From positions 1 through 41,714 of the forward strand of contig JANLPS010000503.1 in the NCBI GenBank assembly GCA_031367385.1: 41,714 nucleotides of DNA, read 5' to 3'. The position numbers and the translations under genes were made by a program. Within the stretch, counting starts at the first letter, position 1, and each line of letters opens with the position of its first letter. The DNA comes from Archangium sp. Lineage in GTDB: Bacteria; Myxococcota; Myxococcia; Myxococcales; Myxococcaceae. The notes beneath the pieces were generated by a model that worked only from the letters and a program-made list of their open reading frames with translations, was not told the DNA's origin and did no database searches. This document shows, piece by piece, positions 17,625-26,996 of the stretch.

Positions 17625-18554
17625 CTACCGGGGGTGATGGCAGGCCACGCCGTGCTCGAGCGGAGGCCTCGCCCGGCACGCCTCGTCGGCGAACGCGCAG
17701 CGGGGCCGAAAACGACACCCTTCGATGAAATCGGTCGGGAGTGGCACGTGTCCCTCCAGCGTCTGCAGCGGTGTGCCCCGGGCCGCGCCGATCGGTGAAG
17801 CGCGCAACAAAGCGACGGTGTACGGGTGCCTGGGCGCCGTGAGCACCCGCGCGACCTCGCCGTGCTCGACGATACGCCCCGCGTACATCACCGAGACCTC
17901 GTCACAGGCCTCGCGAACCATGGCCAGGTCGTGGGTGAGCAACAGCACCGCCAAGCTCCGCCGCTCGGCCAGCGACTTGAGCAAGGCCACCACCACCGAG
18001 CGCAACGAGGCATCGAGCGCGGTGGTTGGCTCGTCTGCGATCAACACCTTGGGCTGCCCCGCGAGCGCCGCCGCAAGCAAGACCCGTTGGCGCATGCCGC
18101 CCGAGAGCTCATGCGGGTAGCTGCGCATTCGGGCTTGGGCATCGGCCAGACCCACTTCGTGCAGCAGCTCCAGGCTCTTCGCGCGGGCCGATGACGCAGA
18201 GCCTCCGTGGTGCACTCTGACCGCCTCGACCAGGTGGGTCTCGAGGGTCAGCACGGGGTTGAGCGCGGTCAGGGGCTCCTGAAGCATCAGGGCCAGCGAA
18301 CGCCCGCGAATGCGTCGCAGCGCACGGTTGCGCAGCGCGGTGAGCTCGACCCCTTCGAGCGCGATGCGGCCCGTGATGGCCACGCCCTCGGGCGCCAGCC
18401 GCATCAGGGCCAACGCCGTCATCGATTTGCCGCTTCCCGATTCTCCCACCAACGCGTGGAGCCTCCCCGGGGCCAGCTCGAACGAAACACCGTCGATCAG
18501 CCGCACCTCGCCCAGGCTCGCAGTCAGCTCGGCGACCTCGAGCACGGCGGGCAC
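17625..18554 (-). CDS. Oligopeptide/dipeptide ABC transporter ATPase (OppD/DppD-like)
   Basis: GESGSGKS, YPHELSGGMRQR, ADEPTTALD, PRHPYT, Cys-rich tail GCRFRPRC..C..ACHH. Confidence 0.93.
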   Translation of the reverse strand: MPAVLEVAELTASLGEVRLIDGVSFELAPGRLHALVGESGSGKSMTALALMRLAPEGVAITGRIALEGVELTALRNRALRRIRGRSLALMLQEPLTALNPVLTLETHLVEAVRVHHGGSASSARAKSLELLHEVGLADAQARMRSYPHELSGGMRQRVLLAAALAGQPKVLIADEPTTALDASLRSVVVALLKSLAERRSLAVLLLTHDLAMVREACDEVSVMYAGRIVEHGEVARVLTAPRHPYTVALLRASPIGAARGTPLQTLEGHVPLPTDFIEGCRFRPRCAFADEACRARPPLEHGVACHHPR

Positions 18555-19604
18555 TTACTTCTTCGCCAACACATCGAGAATGGCCTGCTCGCTGATGACG
18601 CCGTTGGTCACCAGTGCTTTCACCGTCGCCACGATCAGCCGCGAGGGGGGCACATCGTCGAGCTTGCCCGACCATTCAACGGGCTCGGCCGCGGGCGGCG
18701 GTGCGGCTGCCGGGGGAGCGAGCGCCGGAGCCTTCGCCTTGGGCTGCGAATCTGAGCTCTTGAGCCAATCGGGCAAGGTCGGGCCCGAGGGCGTCGGCGG
18801 CTTGGGAGGTGCCACCGGGGCCGGTCTGGCCTGCGAGGCGGCGACGCGGTCGGGCAGCACCGGCACGTTGGGTTCGATCACCAGCGACTCGAGCGATGAC
18901 GGCGATGACTGAAAAGAGACCTCGTCATCGAATGACTCGTTCACTTCGATGCTCTCCTCCGCGTGGCCGGGGTCGCGCTGAGGCGCGGGGGCTTCATCTG
19001 GCGGGTCATCGAAGTTGACGTCTTCCTCAACCGAGACATTTCCAAGGTCATCTGGCGCCGCGGGCGCCTCGGGCACCGGGTCATCGAGCGAGTCGAGGTT
19101 CATCGACCCGAACAGCTCCTCGGCGGTCGGGGCTGGCGTCGGCCGCGAGACGAACTTCTTCACCGCCACTTGCGCCGGTGACGCAGCGCTCGAGTAGGCC
19201 TGATGCACGGCGTCGATTTCGTCACCCGGGGCGATGGTCACGACCACTCTGCGATTGAGCGAGTACCGGAGCTCCTCGACCGCATCGGTGTTCGAGGGGT
19301 CGGCCACCGCGACCCAGACCGTGTCTCCTTCGAGGCGAAACGGCACCAGTCGATGCGTGCGCTGGTAGTCGAGGGGTATCGCGGCCATGACCCTCGGAGG
19401 GATCGCCGGGAGCCCCATGTAGGGGAGCCCGTGTTGCGTCGCGAGCGCCTTGGCCAGCTGAAACGAGGTCAGCCGGCCGAGGGCGATGAGCTGATCGCCC
19501 AGCCGCGCAGACTCGCCAGCCCGTTGATCGCTCAGCGCCTCATCGATGTCTGCTTGGGCGACCACTCCCGAAGCGATGAGAATCTCACCGAGTTTCTTCT
19601 TCAT
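18555..19604 (-). CDS. Stand-alone MshEN / GspE-N domain protein with acidic Pro-rich linker
   Basis: True start inferred at MKKKLGEILIASG (19604) inside the 629-aa track ORF; motifs KLGEILIASGVV..AL..Q and RLGDQLIALG..AL..Q; VAVADP; no ATPase domain. Confidence 0.85.
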   Translation of the reverse strand: MKKKLGEILIASGVVAQADIDEALSDQRAGESARLGDQLIALGRLTSFQLAKALATQHGLPYMGLPAIPPRVMAAIPLDYQRTHRLVPFRLEGDTVWVAVADPSNTDAVEELRYSLNRRVVVTIAPGDEIDAVHQAYSSAASPAQVAVKKFVSRPTPAPTAEELFGSMNLDSLDDPVPEAPAAPDDLGNVSVEEDVNFDDPPDEAPAPQRDPGHAEESIEVNESFDDEVSFQSSPSSLESLVIEPNVPVLPDRVAASQARPAPVAPPKPPTPSGPTLPDWLKSSDSQPKAKAPALAPPAAAPPPAAEPVEWSGKLDDVPPSRLIVATVKALVTNGVISEQAILDVLAKK

Positions 19605-19609
19605 CGCGG

Positions 19610-20362
19610 TTAGCGCTTCACCTTGGCGAGGTATTCCTCGCGGGTGAACACGCCTTTCTCGATCAGCATCTCGACCATCGCTTTGAGCGCGGCGACCTCT
19701 TTTCGCTGCGCCGCCTCGATTGCGTTGAGCATCTCGAGTGGTGACTTGCCCGCGAAGGCGATCGCCGGCATCTCGACCGCTGACATCGTGCGCGGTGCGG
19801 CCGGGGCCGTGCGAGGTGCGCTGGGCACGGCCTTTCGAGCTTCGACCTGCTGGCCCGACTTGATCACCGTATGGCCCTGGGCGTCGACCATCTTGAACGA
19901 GCCTTCGGTGTCTGAGATCTCGGCGTCTTGATCGTAGAAGCGGGTGAACGCCCGGGCGATCGACTGCCGGCCGGCGACCTGCGGCATGATCTTGCAGCGG
20001 CTGACCGCTCGCAACGTATCGAGGTGCCTGACGTTTTGCGGTTCGGCCATCGCGACCACCAACGTGCGGCCGTCGTCGCGAAGTTGCAGGGGGAGCGCCA
20101 CCAGATCTCGCGCGATGTCGATGCCGATCTTGCCGCGAACATGCGGAGGGATCGAGGCGATCGAATCGAGGTTCACGGCGGGGAGATTGAGCTGCTTCGA
20201 GAGCGCTTTGACCAACATGTCTTCGGTCACGATGTTCATGCGAACCAGAATTTCGCCCAGCCGCCCGCCCCACTTCGCCTGCTCTGCGAGCGCCGACTTG
20301 AGCTGACCGTCGGTGATCACCTTCGCTTTGATCAGCAGATCGCCAAGTCGAATTGAGGCCAT
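19610..20362 (-). CDS. Stand-alone MshEN / GspE-N domain protein
   Basis: Start inferred at MASIRLGDLL; RLGDLLIKAKVITDGQLKSALAEQ..RLGEILVRMNIV..ALSKQ; LVVAMAEP; no ATPase domain. Confidence 0.87.
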   Translation of the reverse strand: MASIRLGDLLIKAKVITDGQLKSALAEQAKWGGRLGEILVRMNIVTEDMLVKALSKQLNLPAVNLDSIASIPPHVRGKIGIDIARDLVALPLQLRDDGRTLVVAMAEPQNVRHLDTLRAVSRCKIMPQVAGRQSIARAFTRFYDQDAEISDTEGSFKMVDAQGHTVIKSGQQVEARKAVPSAPRTAPAAPRTMSAVEMPAIAFAGKSPLEMLNAIEAAQRKEVAALKAMVEMLIEKGVFTREEYLAKVKR

Positions 20363-20484
20363 GAACGGCATGCAGTCTAACCGCTGCACACCAGACGTCG
20401 AATTCCGTCTCCCTCGGGGCGTTCGCGGCAATCGCCTGCAACATCTTGAATTTGCTCGACTAACGACCCTATGGAGAGAGGCTC

Positions 20485-22323
20485 ATGATTCAGCGCATCT
20501 CGGGCCTCGGGTCGTTCATTTTGCTGCAGCTCTGCGCGTGCCAGACGGCCCCGCCGGTGCCCACTGAGCCTGCGATCGCGCTCGATGTCTACGCGCGACG
20601 CACTGTTGGCGCGCCAGTTCGATTGGGCAGATGGGGTGAGGTGACGCCCACGCAGTCGTGGTTCGTGCGCCCGGTCGACCTGAACGCCGACCCTCGGGCC
20701 ATCGCGCGCACGCTGTCAGGCCGCTCCGTGGCAGGGCTGTCGATCGCCGGGTCGAGGCGCACCTCGGCCGCCGACCTGGCGGTGGTGGCGCAGATCAAAG
20801 GCCTTCAGTGGCTCGACCTGTCGAGCACCCTGCTCACCAAAGAAGCCCTCGCTGCGTTGACCGCGAGCCAATCGCTCGAGTCGCTGGTGGTCGACCACGC
20901 CAGCCTGCCCGTCGATGATCTTGGAGTGCTGCGCCCACTGCGGTTGCGCTCCATCGACGCGAGCGAAACCGCGATTGGCGATGCGGCCGCGCGTGAGCTC
21001 TCGAATTGGCATTCGCTGACCGAGGTGGGCCTCAGTGGCACCCACGTGACCAGCGCTGGCGTTCAGGCCCTGGCCGCGCTCACCAACCTCGAGCGCCTCG
21101 AGCTCGCCTCGACGTCGGTCGACCCTGCCGGAGTGGCGGCGCTGGGCACCCTGCACAAGCTGATCGTGCTCGACCTGACCCAGGTGGGCGTCGATGCGAC
21201 CTCGTTGGCGGCCCTCGAATCGATGGAGCAACTCGAAGCGCTCTCGCTCGCGAACACCTCGGTCAATGACCTCGGCATCAAGCATCTGCGAAAGCTGGCC
21301 GCGCTGACCACGCTCAACCTCGCGAACACGCTGATCACCGACAAAGGGTTGGTCGGGCTCGAACAAGCCGCGGGCCTTCGAGCGTTGATTTTGCGCAGCA
21401 CCTCGGTGGGAGACGCGACCGTCGCGCGCCTGTTCGCGCACTTCAAGCTGCAGGTGCTCGACCTGAGCGACACCGAGGTGACCGACGCGGCGATGAACAC
21501 CATCGGCAGCCTCAGCGGCCTCGAGGAGCTCGAGCTCGCCCAAACCTCGATCAGCGATGAAGGGGTCAAGTTGATCACCGGGCTGAGCGGCCTGCGTCAG
21601 CTCGACCTCGAGAAGAGCGCGGTGACCGGCGCGTCGATGCCCGCTCTGGGCAAGCTCACGTCGCTGCGCGAGCTCGACCTGTCGTTCACCAAGCTCCAGA
21701 GTGCCAAGCTGGCCGAGCTGGCGTCGCTCAAGGTGCTGCGCTCGATGCGCCTGTCGACCTCAGGGCTGCCCATCGCGCAGCTCAAGCTGTTGCCCCAGCT
21801 GGCGCAGCTCGAGGTGCTCGATGTGAGCGCGCTGCCACTCGATGACAACGATGCCGAATGGCTCGCGACCGATGCGCGGAGGCTTTCGACGCTCAAGCTC
21901 AACTACACCTCTCTTGGCAATGCCGGCGTCGCGCAGCTGGTGAAGCTGCCGCTGCTGGCGCGCCTCGACATCGGCAAGACGCTGGTCACCGACGAGGGCG
22001 TGAAGACCCTGGCGAGCCGCCCGACGTTGCGATTCGTCGATCTGGGGCTCAATGCGGTGGGCGATGAAGGGGTGATTGCGCTCGAGGCCTTGCGGCTCGA
22101 CTCGCTCTTTCTGACTGGCACTCAGGTGACCGACGCCGCGGTCGCGCACCTGCCCAAGACGCTGCAGGTGCTGGGGCTGCAAAAGACGGCAGTGACTCCG
22201 GGGTGCGTTTCGTTGCTCGAGGCGTTGCCGGCGCTGCGAGACGTCGACTTGCGGCAGAACAGGCTCAACGCAGAGATGGTCGAGCCACTGAAGCGACGCG
22301 GCGTCGTCGTGAAGCTGCGCTAG
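20485..22323 (+). CDS. Leucine-rich repeat lipoprotein (about 20 repeats of ~24 aa)
   Basis: Lipobox-like LCA|C; repeats LxxLxLxxTxVxDxGxxxL; GAGG RBS. Confidence 0.9.
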   Translation: MIQRISGLGSFILLQLCACQTAPPVPTEPAIALDVYARRTVGAPVRLGRWGEVTPTQSWFVRPVDLNADPRAIARTLSGRSVAGLSIAGSRRTSAADLAVVAQIKGLQWLDLSSTLLTKEALAALTASQSLESLVVDHASLPVDDLGVLRPLRLRSIDASETAIGDAAARELSNWHSLTEVGLSGTHVTSAGVQALAALTNLERLELASTSVDPAGVAALGTLHKLIVLDLTQVGVDATSLAALESMEQLEALSLANTSVNDLGIKHLRKLAALTTLNLANTLITDKGLVGLEQAAGLRALILRSTSVGDATVARLFAHFKLQVLDLSDTEVTDAAMNTIGSLSGLEELELAQTSISDEGVKLITGLSGLRQLDLEKSAVTGASMPALGKLTSLRELDLSFTKLQSAKLAELASLKVLRSMRLSTSGLPIAQLKLLPQLAQLEVLDVSALPLDDNDAEWLATDARRLSTLKLNYTSLGNAGVAQLVKLPLLARLDIGKTLVTDEGVKTLASRPTLRFVDLGLNAVGDEGVIALEALRLDSLFLTGTQVTDAAVAHLPKTLQVLGLQKTAVTPGCVSLLEALPALRDVDLRQNRLNAEMVEPLKRRGVVVKLR

Positions 22324-23270
22324 CGACGCGTGAGCGCGCTCTGCAGCGATTCACCGACGCGGTTCACGCAGAGCACCACGCCGCCGATCGCCGCTCCGGG
22401 GAAGACGGCGAGCCACCAGGCCCCGGGGTGAATCAAGGTGCGATGGGCCTCGGTCAAAAGCTCACCCCAGCTGGCGGTGGGCGGGGCGACGCCCAGGCCG
22501 AGAAACGAGAGCGCCGTCTCGAGCAGCAACGTCGAGCCCACCGCGAAGGTCGCCGCGACGATGACCGGCCCCAGCGCGTTGGGGATGATGTGCCGCAGCA
22601 CGATGTGAAGCGGTGACGCGCCCATCGCCCTCGCGGCCAGCACGAAGTCGAAGTGCTTCAGCTTGAGCGCCTCCGCCCGCGCCAGCCGAGCCACCTCGGG
22701 CCAGCGCGTCAGGCCCAGCACCAGCACCAGCGGCCACGACGACTGGGTTCGAAGCACGGCCAGCAACGCGATTAGAAAAAACACGGTGGGAAACGTGGTC
22801 ATCACTTCGATGACCCGAGAGAGCACGAGGTCGACGACGCCTCCTGCGTACCCCGCGGTCGCGCCGATCAGCAGGCCGACCAGCACCGCCAGCAGCACCG
22901 TAACGAGGGCGATGAAGAGACTGACCCGCGCACCCCAGATCAGCCGCGCGAGCACATCGCGCCCAAGCTCATCGGTGCCAAGCCAGTGGTGCGCATCGGG
23001 TGCCCACGGTGGCGGGGTCGCCCGGTTCCACTCGTCGCTCGCGGCGGGCTGGTTCGGGCCGAACGGTATCGGCGTGCGCACCAGCCACTCGGCCGAGCTG
23101 ACCAGGGTCGTCTGGGTCTGCGCGCGCAGCGCCGGGGGCCGGGTCACGCACGGCAGCAGGTAGGTGGTGCCCTCGTACCTCACCGCCAGCGGCAGATCAG
23201 AGGCCAACAGGTCGGCGAAGAGCGCCAGCAGCACGAACGCGAACAACGTGCTCACCGCGACGCGCGTCAC
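22320..23270 (-). CDS. Peptide ABC transporter permease (OppC/DppC-like)
   Basis: HWLGTDELGRDVLARLIWGARVSL, FVLAARAMGAS..RHIIPN, ETALSFLGLG, SWG. Confidence 0.93.
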   Translation of the reverse strand: MTRVAVSTLFAFVLLALFADLLASDLPLAVRYEGTTYLLPCVTRPPALRAQTQTTLVSSAEWLVRTPIPFGPNQPAASDEWNRATPPPWAPDAHHWLGTDELGRDVLARLIWGARVSLFIALVTVLLAVLVGLLIGATAGYAGGVVDLVLSRVIEVMTTFPTVFFLIALLAVLRTQSSWPLVLVLGLTRWPEVARLARAEALKLKHFDFVLAARAMGASPLHIVLRHIIPNALGPVIVAATFAVGSTLLLETALSFLGLGVAPPTASWGELLTEAHRTLIHPGAWWLAVFPGAAIGGVVLCVNRVGESLQSALTRR

Positions 23271-24193
23271 GTGACCACCTCGGAGCGCAACCGCGGGTCG
23301 ATGGCCAGGTAGGCGAGATCAACCAGCAACATCGCGAGCATCGTGGTGAGCGCGGTCAACGTGGCGATGGCCATCACGACCGGGTAGTCGCGAAGGCCCA
23401 CCGACTCGATCGCCAGCGACCCCATGCCGGGTATGCCGAAGACCCGCTCTACCACCACGCTGCCGCTGATCAGGTGCGGCAACTGCAAGCCGAGAATCGT
23501 GACGAGCGGCAGCAGCGCATTTCGAAACGCGTGGCGCCAGATGATCAACGCCTCGGGTATGCCTCGCGCCCTCGCGGCCTTGATGTACTCCGCCGACAAC
23601 GATGACTGCATTGCCGCCCTCACCTGCCGCGTCGCGAACGCCAAGGTCGGGTAGGTCAGACAAATCACCGGCAAGACGAAGTGGGCGGGCGTACCGACCC
23701 CTTGAAACGGAAACCAGTCGAGCGCCCTCGGGTTGGCGAAGACCAGCAGCAGCAACACCGCGACCCAGAACGAGGGCACTCCCGAAGCCACCGAGAGCGC
23801 TGAAGAGACCACGTACGACACCGCGGCCCGGCGCCGAACCGCCAGGTACGTGCCGACCGGCACCGCGAGCAGCCAGGCAAAGAGCAACGCGAGGCTCGCC
23901 AGGGCCAGGGTGTTGGGCAAGGCCTCGAGAATCTTGGTGGTGACCGCGCGGTGGTCTGCGTACGAGCGGCCGAAATCGAGGCGCGCGAGGTTCGCGAGCC
24001 AGCGCCCGTACTGAACGACCAGAGGTAAGCCCAGCTCACCAGGCGCTTGCGAGCCGGTGCCGACCAGCTCTGACTCGACATGCAGCGGGTCGCCGGGAGC
24101 GAGGTGCGCGATGGCGAAGGTGAGCGCGGTGATGCCGAAAAAAGTCGGCACCATCAGCAGCACCCGCCGTGCGACGTACCGGGCCAGCTTCAA
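23267..24193 (-). CDS. Peptide ABC transporter permease (OppB/DppB-like)
   Basis: LAPGDP, QYGRW..LDFGRS, PSFW, EYIKAARARG..HAFRNALLP, VVERVFGIPGMG, RDYPVV. Confidence 0.93.
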   Translation of the reverse strand: MKLARYVARRVLLMVPTFFGITALTFAIAHLAPGDPLHVESELVGTGSQAPGELGLPLVVQYGRWLANLARLDFGRSYADHRAVTTKILEALPNTLALASLALLFAWLLAVPVGTYLAVRRRAAVSYVVSSALSVASGVPSFWVAVLLLLVFANPRALDWFPFQGVGTPAHFVLPVICLTYPTLAFATRQVRAAMQSSLSAEYIKAARARGIPEALIIWRHAFRNALLPLVTILGLQLPHLISGSVVVERVFGIPGMGSLAIESVGLRDYPVVMAIATLTALTTMLAMLLVDLAYLAIDPRLRSEVVT

Positions 24194-24984
24194 CGAGCCG
24201 CGCCTTGCTCGTCGACCTCGATGACCGGCACTCCCTCGGGGGGCGTCATCTCGTAGAGGGTCAAGTCAGGCGCTTCGTTGAGCGCGATGTCTTTGGAGAA
24301 TAGCTCGACATGGGTCTGCGCCGCCTTCGAGTCGATCACCACGCGCTTGGGGTACGAGACGCCTCCGAAGGCGGTCACGTCTGAGAACGTGACGTCGTAG
24401 GTGCTGACCCCGTCGACGTGGCTCTTGAGAACCCTGGCTGACACCGGGTCGACCTCGAGGTGCTGCACCACCGTGCCTTGGGTCAAGGTCAGCACATACA
24501 CGCGGCGCTCGGCGTCGACCGACATCGTCGCTGACTCGTACGCGATGCGCGGCGCCCGGCCCAGCAGCAACGAGGCAAGCTCTTTGGGTGGTATCACCAA
24601 CGGCAAAAATCGCCCAAGGTTCGGAGCCGTCGCCGGCCCATGCAGAAACCGCCCGGCCTGCGCGTCGTAGAGCCCGAAGCTGGTGCCATCGGTCGTCATC
24701 ACGCCCTGGGGCTTGCCGAAGAAATCGAGCTGCTCGATGTGAATGTACGCGGGGTGAAAAACCCCCACGAAGAGCGCGACCGAACCCTTGCCTTGTGGCG
24801 AATCGACCGAAAGGCGGGCATCGCCTTTGAGGCCGATGACCTGCGACTCGGTGAGCTCGACGCGCTTGAGCACCTCCTCGGCGGTGCGGGCTTCTCCATC
24901 TTTCCCGAAATCGATGGGGAGCCGGGGGCAAGCCGTCAAAACCAGGGGAAGAAGAACGATCAACAGCCGTTGGTGTCGGAGCAT
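24190..24984 (-). CDS. Lipoprotein, DUF4292 / LolB-like beta-sheet fold
   Basis: Lipobox LTA|C; beta-strand-rich sequence with LLLGRAP and YPKRV motifs; overlaps the oppB start. Confidence 0.6.
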   Translation of the reverse strand: MLRHQRLLIVLLPLVLTACPRLPIDFGKDGEARTAEEVLKRVELTESQVIGLKGDARLSVDSPQGKGSVALFVGVFHPAYIHIEQLDFFGKPQGVMTTDGTSFGLYDAQAGRFLHGPATAPNLGRFLPLVIPPKELASLLLGRAPRIAYESATMSVDAERRVYVLTLTQGTVVQHLEVDPVSARVLKSHVDGVSTYDVTFSDVTAFGGVSYPKRVVIDSKAAQTHVELFSKDIALNEAPDLTLYEMTPPEGVPVIEVDEQGAAR

Positions 24985-25024
24985 GGCGTCAGGCGACTGA
25001 TACCGCTATGAGACCCCTTACGCG

Positions 25025-25753
25025 ATGAGCTTCGACGAACTCGCCCACTATCTCCGACTCGGCGGCCTGACGACCGCGGTCATTTTGTTCGCTTCTGTGC
25101 TCGCGTTGGGTGTCGCCATCGAGCGGCTGATCGCGCTGTGGGGCGTGCGCTCGTCGACCCGTGAGCTCGGTGAGCAGATCGCCAAGCACCTGCTTCGCGG
25201 AGACCTCGCAGCGGCCAAATCAGCGGCCGAGCGGTCGACCGCCTTGAGCGCTGACCTGTTTCGAGCCGGGTTCGAGCGCGCGGTGAAGACCACCGGGCCT
25301 CCGCTCGATGCAGCGGTCGATCGTGAGCGGCAACAGCTGGCCCTTCGAATGAAACGCGGCTTGTGGATTCTCGGCACCATCGGCGCGACCACCCCGTTCG
25401 TCGGCTTGTTCGGCACCGTGGCGGGCATCATGCGCTCGTTTCGAGACCTGGGCCTCGATGTCGGTGAAGGCGGTACCGGTGGCTCGGCGGCGGTGATGAC
25501 CGGCATCTCCGAAGCGCTGGTCGCGACGGCGGTCGGCATCGTGGTCGCCGTTGAAGCGGTCATTCTGTACAACATTTTTCAGGCCCGGCTCTCGCGGGTG
25601 AACGTCGAGATGAAGCTCATCGCCGAGGAGTTCGTCGAGCTCCTGCGCGAGGCGGCCCCGAATGGCAAGTTGCCGGCGATGCTCCCTGGCGCCCCGGGCG
25701 TCACTGCGGCGGGCGAAACCAGCGCGGCTGCTGTCTCTGTTGGAGGCGTGTAA
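25025..25753 (+). CDS. MotA/TolQ/ExbB proton channel protein
   Basis: LGTIGATTPFVGLFGTVAGIM, GISEALVATAVGI, YN.F. Confidence 0.93.
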   Translation: MSFDELAHYLRLGGLTTAVILFASVLALGVAIERLIALWGVRSSTRELGEQIAKHLLRGDLAAAKSAAERSTALSADLFRAGFERAVKTTGPPLDAAVDRERQQLALRMKRGLWILGTIGATTPFVGLFGTVAGIMRSFRDLGLDVGEGGTGGSAAVMTGISEALVATAVGIVVAVEAVILYNIFQARLSRVNVEMKLIAEEFVELLREAAPNGKLPAMLPGAPGVTAAGETSAAAVSVGGV

Positions 25754-25756
25754 GCC

Positions 25757-26212
25757 ATGGCGCTCGGCAAGGTACCGGGCGACGACCCGGCGACCGGCGA
25801 CGACGGCGTCTTCGCCGAGATCAACATCACGCCGTTGACCGATATCTTCTTGGTGTTGCTGATCATTTTCATGGTCACCAGCTCCGTCATCGTGAACACC
25901 AGCAATGGCGCGCGGGCGGGCCTGAAGGTGAACTTGCCTCAGGGTGGTCACGCCGACGTCGCGGCCCAGGCGTCAGACATGTCAGTCGCGATTCTGCAAG
26001 ACGGCACCTTGATGCTCTCGGGGGCGCGGGTCAGCGCTGACGAGCTCAAGAAGGCCTTCGACGACGCGAAGGGCAAGAACGCCGACACCCTGGTGGTGGT
26101 GCAGGCCGATGAAGGCGTACCGCACGGCAAGGTGGTCGAAGTGATGGAGCTCGCCAAGGGTGCCGGCTTGGGTCAGCTCGCCATCGGCGTGCGCGACGGG
26201 CCGGGCAAGTAG
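25757..26212 (+). CDS. ExbD/TolR biopolymer transport protein
   Basis: EINITPLTDIFLVLLIIFMV with the conserved TM Asp; VNLP; ADEGVPHGKVVEVM. Confidence 0.93.
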   Translation: MALGKVPGDDPATGDDGVFAEINITPLTDIFLVLLIIFMVTSSVIVNTSNGARAGLKVNLPQGGHADVAAQASDMSVAILQDGTLMLSGARVSADELKKAFDDAKGKNADTLVVVQADEGVPHGKVVEVMELAKGAGLGQLAIGVRDGPGK

Positions 26213-26216
26213 CGCT

Positions 26217-26996
26217 TCACTTCAAGATGAACTGAGCCACCCGCGCGTAGACGTACTCCCTGTCCCACAGGTCGAAGTGGGTGCCGCTGGGTATCTCGAC
26301 GAACTGCGCGGGAGGCGCGAACATCGCGCTCAGCGCCTTGCCCTGCTCGAAGGCCACGACCACGTCGTTGGTGCCGTGAATGATCATCACCGGCTGCCGC
26401 ACTTTCGGCGCCCAACTCGCCGAATCGAATCGGTTTTTCATCAACAGCCGCACCGGGAGATACGGGAACTCGTCGGCTCCCACGTCGGGCAGCGAGGTGT
26501 ACGGCGTGAGCAACACCAGCTTTCGACCCCACGAGCGCGCGGCGAGCTGCACCGCGATGCCCGTGCCGAGTGACTGGCCACACAGCACCAGCTGCTCGGG
26601 GGCGATGCACATCGGGCCGGTCAGGTGCCGCAGGCCGGCCTCCCCAGCTTCGAGCATGGCCTGTTCGCCGGGCACTCCGGGGGTGCCTGCGTAGCCGGGG
26701 TATTCGATGGCCGCGAAGCCAATGCCGAGATCGTGAATGTTGCCCGCGAGCCATTCGGTATCGGAGACCTGCTCGCCATTGCCGTGAAAGAAGACGACCG
26801 TTGGTGCGACGCCATCTCCGGGCACCCACAACATCGACGTACCCCCGGGGATGGGGAGGACCATCGCCTTCGACGCCGGTCGAAGTGTCTTCGGCGCGGG
26901 GTAGACGAGGCTGTTCTCGAGCGTGACGAGCCCGACGCAGAGCAGCGCGTACCCGACCGCGCAGGTCACCGCCACCAGGCGCGCGTATCGCCTCAC
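26217..26996 (-). CDS. Alpha/beta hydrolase (ABHD13/Bem46-like) with N-terminal membrane anchor
   Basis: FHGNGE, EYPGY, nucleophile GQSLG, IHGTNDVVV, GTH. Confidence 0.9.
   Translation of the reverse strand: MRRYARLVAVTCAVGYALLCVGLVTLENSLVYPAPKTLRPASKAMVLPIPGGTSMLWVPGDGVAPTVVFFHGNGEQVSDTEWLAGNIHDLGIGFAAIEYPGYAGTPGVPGEQAMLEAGEAGLRHLTGPMCIAPEQLVLCGQSLGTGIAVQLAARSWGRKLVLLTPYTSLPDVGADEFPYLPVRLLMKNRFDSASWAPKVRQPVMIIHGTNDVVVAFEQGKALSAMFAPPAQFVEIPSGTHFDLWDREYVYARVAQFILK

Noticed and set aside
19605..20444. N-terminal 280 aa of the 629-aa track ORF
   Set aside because: Alternate-frame overlap with the upstream MshEN gene; the recognisable protein starts at 19604
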